Assembly: GCA_907165135.1 (NCBI GenBank)
Contig: OU015567.1
Location: 11,532,001-11,596,000, forward strand
Direction: 5' to 3'
Length of the DNA: 64,000 nucleotides
Source: Oikopleura dioica
Lineage: Eukaryota; Animalia; Chordata
The position numbers were made by a program, and so were the translations under genes. Shown here in pieces: positions 1 to 9,600 of the stretch; position 1 is the first letter of the stretch; the number at the start of each line of letters is the position of its first letter. The notes beneath the pieces were generated by a model. It had not been told where the DNA came from, did not search any database, and saw only the letters and a list, made by a program, of their open reading frames with translations.

Positions 1-469
1 CCGGCCCTGTCGCCGATACCTCGCAGTATGACTCCTGGTAAGCTTCTGTTGAAATCATGGAAGACTAACTCATTTCTTCCCAGCACCACGATCTTCGTCA
101 TATTTGAACAAATCTGCGCCAACTCCTCGATCGTCTTCAGTCGTTCCTTCAAGAATGATGACTGGTCACGATCTGAGCCCAAGCACAAGAATGACCCCTC
201 AAAAACAAGGGTCGAGCTACAACCTTGAACTTCTAGAGCAGCTCTCCTTGACGCGCGAAGAATGGGTCGAGTACTTCCGGACGAAGCGACTCCCTCCCCA
301 CGCCGAACTGGAGCTTGAAAAGCTCACATCTCAAAATGCGCAAAGGGTATCCAAGCCGCTTTTCACTAATCGATCAACACCGTTTGTGACTAAACTCTAG
401 CAGCACTGTAATTACTGTAGAGCGATTACTGATGATTCAAGCTCAAAAATGTTCATTTTTGACGAGTGA
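1..469 (+). CDS. 3' part of an unidentified spliced gene (runs off the window start)
   Basis: GT-AG introns near 38-83 and 344-400 join an S/P-rich exon (ORF 104..400) to a last exon QHCNYCRAITDDSSSKMFIFDE* (TGA 467-469). No family recognised. Confidence 0.5.
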
Positions 470-682
470 TTGTACAAAAATACTGTTCAAGAAATGGTTA
501 GTTTAGGGACGCGCGCTGAGGAGCGATAGTACTGCATCTGTAAGTTATATTTAAGCCTTTCCTGCATTCCGTCTTCAAAATTTCCTTTGTTTTATTCAAT
601 AAATACATAAAAATATCTTTAAGTGAGTTTATTCTCAGGATAAAACCGGAATAATGATTTTGATATAATATCAAATAATTAA

Positions 683-1639
683 TTACCAAACAGAATGAGC
701 TTTATCCCAAGATTGGGTCTCCCAACTCGTTTCCCAGCCAGACTCACAATCAGGATTTTTTTCGGTGTCCCATGGGACAGTCTTATCGTTGCTCAAAAGA
801 GACGATGAACGAGACCTTGAAGGCGTATTAAGTACAAGCGTAGAGGTCTTCGAAATTGTCGATAAATCAGAATGATTATCACTATCAGGAGTTGGAAGGA
901 AGCTTCGATCAGAAGGAAATTCAGTCTGGATAGAATCTATCCCATCAAGCGTGCTCTGGTTTTCTGGAGATTCTTTTGAAGGTTCAGGACTACCGTTAGT
1001 ATTTTTCGTGATCAAGGTCAATTTTTCTATAAAGAAATTAGATAAATATTTTTTAAACTAATCTAACCAATATTTTTTGCGAGTTGAATATCAATTTCCT
1101 TCTCTTTCGATTTCAGGAACTCCATTTCTTTGAACAGGCGATTGATCACTTCTTTTTTGCGCATAATTTTTTCATTATTTTCCATCCTGACTTCGTTGAG
1201 TCGCTTTACTTTAAAAACTATTTATAAAATCGTATGTTTAAATATTTTTGAGAAAGCCCTACAAATAGAATATAGTAATAATTTTCACCTTCGGCTGCGA
1301 GCTCAAAGGCAGTTTTAGGACTTTCGCCTTTGATGTTACACGTCTTCAAGAGTTTAATATTTTTTTTCTCTTTTAAATCATTATAATATCAAATTCATTT
1401 CTTAAGTAAACAAGCCATCACGAGTGTTGATCAAATCTCCGACTACTTTTATAGCTCCATTTTCTTCCTCTTGTCCCTCTTGTTCCTCTAAATGATCCTC
1501 TTGCTCCTCTCGCTGAACCTCTTCTCCCTCTCGAAGATCCTCTGCTTGCTCGTGTTTCTCCGAAACTTACTGGCCGAAGAGTTTGCTCTGAGGACTGCGA
1601 GTCTTCTGATGAGCTCCATACATTATTGGACCATACCAT
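683..1639 (-). CDS. Unidentified protein with an RG-rich N-terminus and an S/T-rich C-terminus
   Basis: First exon MVWSNN...RGSSRGRRGSARGARGSFRGTRG (ORF 1418..1639), a probable internal exon (IMRKKEVINRLFKEMEFLKSKEK) and a last exon (ORF 683..1021). Exon junctions are only partly resolved. Confidence 0.55.
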
Positions 1640-2273
1640 AATTTCTGAAATTTATTTTTTCAATATCCAGTTTTACTTTCAAATGAAACAGTTTGTAAGT
1701 CTATCCGTCTGATTGTGTTGGCTCTGATCACGTCATGCCGTATTTCTTCTCTACAAACGCTCGCTTATATAAGCGAGAGGTATTGATATGAATTATCAAT
1801 CAGAAATACAGATACTTTTCGAATGAGCCTCTTTGTAAATATTTCTTCTGGGCTTGCTGCATATTGCAGGGAGAGGTAAAAAGGCTTATAATTCAGCAAA
1901 AATGAAGTCTCTTGTATAAGGTATTGAAAGCTCTTTTTGAGTTGATTTGATCGAACTGTACTCGACTCAGCTTCAATTCTATTCAATGACCTAGAACTCT
2001 CTGATTCTTTTTAAACAGACAAGCCCACGGTTTTAGAAATTATGCGCTCCTGGAGGCAAAACTTTGGACTTTACTTGAGTCACGCAATGCGTTACTGCCT
2101 CGGTAATCACCTTGAAAACATGATCGTGCGCTAAAAACTATGGGAGTATGCTCCTATCGCTTCGTAATAAATATACTCGACATAAAAGCGCTTAATTGTA
2201 CTCTATTGTTTGTCTGCTAAGCAGACACTCAGAGGAAGGCAAATAGTGACGAAGATATTAATAAAAACGAAAA

Positions 2274-3432
2274 ATGGGAGAGAATTCCTCGACAATTTCT
2301 GAAAGCTTTCTTGGATCATACAGAGACCTAACGATCATTGGTAAACGCATACTCCCATAATTCTTTAGTTTTATTACGTGAACTTTAAATAATCGCGGTG
2401 AACATAAAGGAAACCCACAAATAACGTTAAAATACAGCCCCTTTTGTAGTTAAAATATGAATAGACAGACGAACCAATTTTCAAACGGAAATTTAATTGA
2501 CTTAAAAGGAGGAGAGACGGAGAAAAAAAGACATTTCCGAAGTTCAAAATACGCTGAAATATGTTTGCTCGAAGCTTGAAGAGCTCGGAAGAGATAATTT
2601 TATGCTCAAAGCGAAAGTAAACGACCATGAAAAATATATTGCTGACTTGACAAACAGAGTTGAGTCGCAAGAAATAACAATCAATCAGTTGGAGCAAAAA
2701 ATAAACGATGCGGAATTGTCTGTTGAAGATATGCGTTTGAGATCTCCAGCTCCGAATCAGGTTTAGTAATTTTTTTTGAGAATAGCTTACCATCTTCAAA
2801 TTAGCCCGTGCCTCCGCGGACTTACAGCGAATCTTCCGTTACATCTACTCGATCGGAGAGCACAAACGAAGAGCTCCTGAGAGAACATTCTTTGAAGCTT
2901 CAAGTCAAAACACAAACAATGCGCGAAATTGGCGGAGCCGGTCATTACTCTGGTGATGATCGCGATCTCGGAAACGGCGGGCGTAGAAATGACATGAGCG
3001 ACGAGGGAATAAAGAAAATTTTCGAGATTATGTCGCTTGGTCAGACTGAGGTCAATTTCAAGGTATTTTAAAAAAGCAAACATTTTAAAACTGAATAAGA
3101 CATATTGGAACAAAAACTACAACGTCTCAGCTTTTGGCTACACCTTAAAAATCAACTCTTACTGGGAAGGTGTTGATGGAGATTGCGAATTCTACCACTT
3201 CTGGCTCAAGCACCAAGGTACAATTTTTTCAAAAAGTTTGTTTATGCAAGTTCTAGTAATGCCCATAAGATTCAAAGTCACTGCAGAACAAATCCACGAA
3301 GCCACCGGAAGAGTTTACGACAAGCAGGAGCTTGAAAGCGCCATCGACGGAAAATGCCATAAAGTCCAGCTAAAAGAAGTCCGCGGCCATTTCGTCCGAT
3401 GGAATGTTACTCTTCTTCCTTTATATTCTTAA
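2274..3432 (+). CDS. Coiled-coil protein with a beta-rich C-terminal domain (weakly MATH/TRAF-like)
   Basis: Exons EERRRKKDISEVQNTLKYVCSKLEELGRDNFMLKAKVNDHEKYIADLTNRVESQEITINQLEQK (heptads), then ORF 2808..3071 and KTYWNKNYNVSAFGYTLKINSYW, linked by short GT-AG introns. The start codon is tentative. Confidence 0.5.
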
Positions 3433-3616
3433 AATAAAAAACTTAGTTCTAAAAATTGCCCTCTTCCTCCTAATAAGATGATTAGTCACTCTAAGAAGCA
3501 ATCTAATACAAGACACGTTTTCAAGAAGCGCGAAATTTAATTGAAAGCAATTTTGAAAAATCGCTCGATCCGACGAAAAGTGCTCCGTAATAGAAGTCAT
3601 TCATAGAACTGGCGAG

Positions 3617-6600
3617 ATGATGATCAGACTCGCGCAGCTTTTGATAATTTTTATAAAAGAGACAGAATTCGTGAATGCACAGAAACCAAAACCTCTTAAA
3701 GAGTACGTCTGCAAAGACAAGCTCCCACGTAATAACGAGTTTATTTTTGTCTGAGAGAAACACTTTCATTTAGCTGGAGAATGCGAAAAATTCAAAGACC
3801 TTTGCAAGCTAACTCTTCATTCATACAACTGCCAGAAAACTTGTGGCCTCTGTGAAGGCGACCCGCTGCGTCCTATCAACACTGTTGGTATTTGCTACAG
3901 AGACTCTCCTTGTAACGAGGATGGAACGGACGGCGGCAATGCTGATGGATGTATTCTGACAGAAGAGTATCCATTTTTCAGGTGCAAATGCAAACAGTAC
4001 TACGATGGCTGGAGATGTCAGTGGTACAATTGTCCATGCCAAAATGGTGGGAACTGTCTTGAATGCCAAGAAATAAACGGCGTCGCTTGCCGAGATAATC
4101 CCGTCTGCACTTGTCAGAAAGGCTTCAAGGTAGATTCTCAATTCAAATGCTTAGAATAATTCCGACTCTTAGGGCAAATTTTGCGAGATAAAAATCGAGA
4201 ACTTCTATCCGATCGCTTATGGTCCCTGGAGTGAGTGGTCCATTCCTGATTGCACTGGAAACGATGGTAAGACATCAACGAGGAAACGATGGTGCACTGA
4301 CGGATCGACTTTCAAAAACCCAAAATGTTGCCAGGGCAGAGAATCATTCTGCAAAACAACTGAAAACACAGCAGAAGTTGAGACGAAAATCTGTCCTGTC
4401 AACGCGTACTGGTCGAAGTGGAGTGAGTGGGCTGGATGCACAGGGCAAAAATATGAAGTCAGGTTTGTGTTTGAAGGGATCCTAGCTTCTGCTGAATCTC
4501 CCACTTCTAGCGTAGTTTGCCTGCTCTCTATATCTGGACGAGTGAAGAAAACGAGTAAAGTATCTTTGACGTCTGTATTTCGAGCTGGAGTAAAATAGAG
4601 GTTAATTCACGAACTGCGTGAATTACCGAATGGAGAGAAATACACGGCGGCGACCGAGCAAAGCTCGATCTAGATAAGCAAGTGACCTTAGGGGACGAGG
4701 GAGTCTAACGAATCTAAGATCCCAATACCCCCCATGAGACTGAAACGTCCTCTAAGGCCAAAGTGTGTGATTTTTGCAGGAGTATAAGCGTAAGATGAGT
4801 AACATGGCAGGTTCGAAACGTCGAGGCAGTCTGATTCGCGTTAAAAAACCCTTTTTTGGGAAAAAGCTTGAATCAGATGCGAAGTTTTCGTGATGTCCGA
4901 GCGGTGATGACATGAAGGAGTAGCTGCACATGTAGAAGAACTCAAAATACGTCGGCGACGGTAAACTGTGATAATTTCCGTACCTTTTCAGGCCCCGGTC
5001 GATGAATAGGGGACCTGAGTGGGGCAGTACTTGCGCTTAGTCGTATGACTGACCCGAGTTTGTGCCGATGTTTAGAGGTTCGACGGGCCTCGTTTCACGG
5101 TGTGCTCGTTTTGTATGTTTCGGGAGATGAGCTGCTCCAACTTCGGTTAAAGTCGCATTCGGATCGGCGCCGGCTGAGTATTGACGATCTGGTGAAGACT
5201 TTGGACGGGTTCTTTTCTTGCTGTTTTCAGTTGCTGAGCCCTCAACTACTGTTGAATTTTGTTTATCGACTGACATATGGCTATTGTCGGGCGCAGCAAC
5301 CTCCGAAATCACTGTAGCATCAGCTGACATGTCCTCGGCAGTTTCATAAAGAGTACCACCAGAGTACCAGCGATCTGACGGCTCGGCTGGAGCTACCGAC
5401 GAGTCCAAAATAGATGTAGCGGTTGTATCTCCCAGATTTTCCATGTCCAATCGGCGTCTACTTTCCAAAATAGGTGATAGAGATGATCTTGGCGGTTTTT
5501 CCATAGCAACCATCGGAGTCGACGCGACCTGAGAAGATTTCCTCCCCCCATGCGACTTCGACCCGGACTTTTCCATCGGTTTGGAAGTAGGAACAGGCGA
5601 TTTTTGTGGGACTTTCGACTTAACGATTTCGGTTAAATGTGGGAATACGTACTCGGCCTCGTAGTAATCAATCCAGCGTAAGTCGTGATTTCGTTCTGCG
5701 GCGTGAACCACGTGTTCTCGATGGATGAAATCACGTTGTCCTTTTTTATCTTCGACCATGACGACCCAGTCGTTGCTCGAAACGGCTTTCAGGGGACCTA
5801 CCCAGCGTTCCTTCTTGCTTTTAGCGTCGGTCAGGTTTTCTCGCTTAATGTACACGACAGCGCCAGCGGGGATTGGTCTCGGCTTAGGCTCGTTTTTCAG
5901 CCTGTGCTCCATGGCTCGGTCAGCAGCTTCCATCGCAGTTTTCACAATGGCTTCCGCCGATTTCGCTAAAGCTCCAACATTGAGACCAAACACCTGAGGT
6001 GTTTCCGCTGTCATTTCTGCGCCAGTAGAGTGGGTGAAAGTACTTTTTCGGCCAAACCAAACTTCTCGCGGTGAAATTTTCGTGCTTTTGTTTTTCACAC
6101 TATTGAGCGCGCGCATCACGTGGGGAACGCAGTCGGCCCAAGTTTTTCGACCGGAAGATGAGTTGACCATGCAGAATAGACTGTTTTTGATAGTCCGATT
6201 CGCTCTTTCTGCGAAAGCGTTTGATTGAGGGTGAAATGCGGTACTTATTGTATGTTTTATCTGGTTAAGCTTACACATTTCGTCAATCACGCTTGCGCAG
6301 AAGTGGGTACCTCTGTCACTGTGTAGATGTTTCGGCAAGAAATCCATGGGAAGGAAGACCTTGTAGATGAGCGCTTTTGCAGCGCAGATAGCAGTGTCGG
6401 ACCGCGTCGGAATGCACCAAGTGTAGCGAGAGAAAGTGTCCGCCACCACCAAATAATACTTGAATCCGCCAGCGGGAGGCATACAAGCGAAATCGATCTG
6501 AATCGATTCGCCAGCTGTTTTTCCACGACGAAGGGTTCCAAGTGGCGGTTTGGTACGAGTTCCAGCAGATCCTTTTCTGCGTAGGCAAGGGACGCAGCTG

Positions 6601-9600
6601 TGGACGTAGTTAGAAACATCGTCTTGAAATGAAGGCCACCAAACGTCCTCTAATCGCTCTAAAGTCCGCGGCTCGCCCAGATGACCGGACAAGTCGTGAG
6701 CTAGAAAGAGAAAGTGACTTTTTACCGCTTCCGGTACCACCGCCCGCGCGCCAGATTTGAATTGACACATCAAGCACCCGGTAGTGTTATCCAGGAACAG
6801 AGCTTTTTCCATCTTGAGTAGAGACGATTGTCGGTGGTCGGAGTCCTTCACCAGCGATTTTATGTCCAGTGGCTCCTTACCAGATTCCAGAAAAGTGATG
6901 ATTGCACTCAGAGCAGAGTCCTCCCTTTGATAGTCCAGAATGTTATTATAATTCGCTGACACCAACGGAATCTCCATTGGCGCCGCGATAGCCTTGACGT
7001 TTACCTTATGTATCTTCACCTCTGATAAAGTGATTTTCTCCGGAAACTGATTTTCGTTCCAGAAAGGGACGAAGACACGTACTGGTGAATTCTTGTCGAT
7101 TTCGTACTCGCGACCAACGGGAAACTCAGAGTCGTATCCAAGTGATTTGTCGTCCTCGCCAGGTCTGCGGCTCATAAAATCGGCGAATTGATTTTCTGAT
7201 CCCTTGATGTAGACAATGTGAAAATCGAATTCTTCCAATCGGCTTTGCCATCGGCTTATTTTAGAATTCTTGAACTTCTTTTTGTGTAGGAAGATCAAAG
7301 ATCTGTGGTCTGTGTGAATCTGAAAGAATCTACCTTTCAGGAGCTTTTCCAGTCGCTCGCAGCACCAGACAATGCTAAACATTTCCTTTTCTGAAGTGTT
7401 CCATTTTCTTTCAGCTTTGTTGAAGGTGTGGGAAATCGCGCTTACTAGGTGCACTCTCCCGCCATACTCTTGTAGCAGAACACCACCCGCTGCGTACAGG
7501 CTCGCGTCTGTGTAGAGGTGAAAAGACTCGTCAAAGTTAGGAAAGCTTATGACAGGAGTCTCGGAGAGTCGTCGTTGAATTTCCTTGAGCGCCAAATCCG
7601 CTTCTTTGGTCCACTTGAAACAATTTGTTTCGTTCGCCGAATTTCGAACATCGTTTATGGGTTTCATTCTGCTCGAGAAGCAACCGGATGAAATAGCTTC
7701 GCCCATTTTTGTTTCTAGAAAACCTCGGATCCAATTCAATGACCCGATTAATGAAGCTAACTCCTTTTGGGAGCGTGGGGGTTTCATCTGACGAAGGGCG
7801 GAGACTTGCGCAGGGTCCGGTTTGATTCCTTCTTCGTTGATGATTCGGCCCAAAAAGTGAGCTTCTGATTGTAGGAAAGAGCACTTTTCGCCCTTGAGTT
7901 TAGCGTTAAACTTGCGGAGCGCGATGAATAGGTTTCGGAGAGTGTTGTAATAGCAGCTGAAAGACTTCCCAAAACATACTATGTCATCGATATAAGAAAG
8001 CATCTTCTTCCTGGTGGGGCTTGAGTCGAGAATCGTGTTTACGACGCGCGAGAATATATTCCCCGAGCATCGATAACCGAAAGGTAATCTGCAGAAGGCG
8101 TAAGATTTCCCACCCCACTGGAAGGAAGTCTTATACCTATCGCTTTTCTTAATAGGGCACTGCCAATATCCGCTCCGCAAATCAACTGTGGCGAAATACT
8201 TGTTGCCCGGTCCAATGTTCGCGATCGTATCCTCCATGCTCGGAAGATGATATGGGTCGGATTTGTCGGAGAGGCATTTGTTCAAGCTGTTCTTGTAGTT
8301 GATGCAGAAGCGCATTTCCCCAGATTTCTTAGGGATTGGCAGAACGGGGCTATTAAACCCTTTCTGGTCCTTGATCTCTTCTATTATTTTCGTATCGAGC
8401 AGTTCGGAGATGTGATCAGTGACCTGGCCATGAAAAGCTTGCGGAATAGGGTGTTGACTGATGTTTCGACTCGTACCATCAGTCGGGATTTCGATCTCGA
8501 ATGGGAATTCACCCATTTTTTGACCGTCGCAGCCGAATCTGTCGTCGAAATCCAAACACAGCTCGGCGACCACCTTCTTTTGCCCCGGGTCGGCGTTTGC
8601 TGGTAGGGTAATTCCGAGTTTTTGCTTCGCTAGCTGAATGGGGCACCTGGCTGCGTTCTTGTTAGGTGCGTCCAGCTTTGGGACTTTTGGTGGCGGTTGA
8701 GTGCGGGATCGATCGCTATCCTTGACCGCTGATCTAGTAGTCAAGTATTTCTTGATTTTGGTCCGCTTCACTCCGTCCAGCTTCACCACTTGAGTCTCAG
8801 TTTGTGTGAAGGCTTCGTTGTAGCAAAATGAGAGAGTACGATTCTTATTGTCGACTGTGAAGCTGTCCGTCATCGCATTCTCTAGTATATCGCGGCCCAG
8901 TAGACTTGGGTATTTACTGCCTGGCATAATGGTGAGATTCAGGGAGAATGCAGGGCCACCATTGAATGATAAGCGGCAGGGAAGGATACCCATCGGCTGC
9001 TCGGCGGGAATATTTGGGCTGAAACCGGTGACCTTGAAGGGACAGGGCTTCAGCATCTGGAGAAATTCGTCGGGAACGTAAGCAGCGGACAGACAGGAGG
9101 ACTCGGCTCCGCTGTCGACTTCCATCGATACGTCAAAACTTTTAGAGCCCGTAATGATGGTAGCCGAAGCGAAATAAGCCTTTCCTGGTCGCTTCTTCTT
9201 CACTGTGTAAAAGTGAACGTCGAATGGTTGGAAATCTTCAACGTTCTTAGTCGTATTTATCTTCTTGGATTCTGGTTGTTTATCGTCTTTCCCATCCTTA
9301 GAATCGTTGCTGGCGCGCTTAGCATTCTTCTTCTTTTTGTTCTTATTTCTGTTGAAGTGCTGGGAGACGGTCGCGCTGTCAACTCGATTCTGTCTTGTGG
9401 ATTGGGCGAGACGGCAGAGTTCGTTGATATCGTAAACTTTTGATAGGCTTGGAAGGATTGCGTTGAAAACGTCTGGTTCTTCTTTCCTAAGATTCAAGTA
9501 CAGCATCATCGTCGAGAATATGTCAAATATTTCATCGACCCCGGCGTCGGCTGACTTCTCTTGTCGGTAAGAGTTCAAAGTCGCTTGCTTCGCCTCGTTC

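Noticed and set aside
1737-2160. Possible small gene between the first unidentified genes
   Set aside because: Every exon join I tried hit a stop codon, so no supportable model.
4603-4625. 9-bp stem hairpin (TAATTCACG-AACTG-CGTGAATTA) in each LTR
   Set aside because: Too short to assign a TAR-like or other role from sequence alone.
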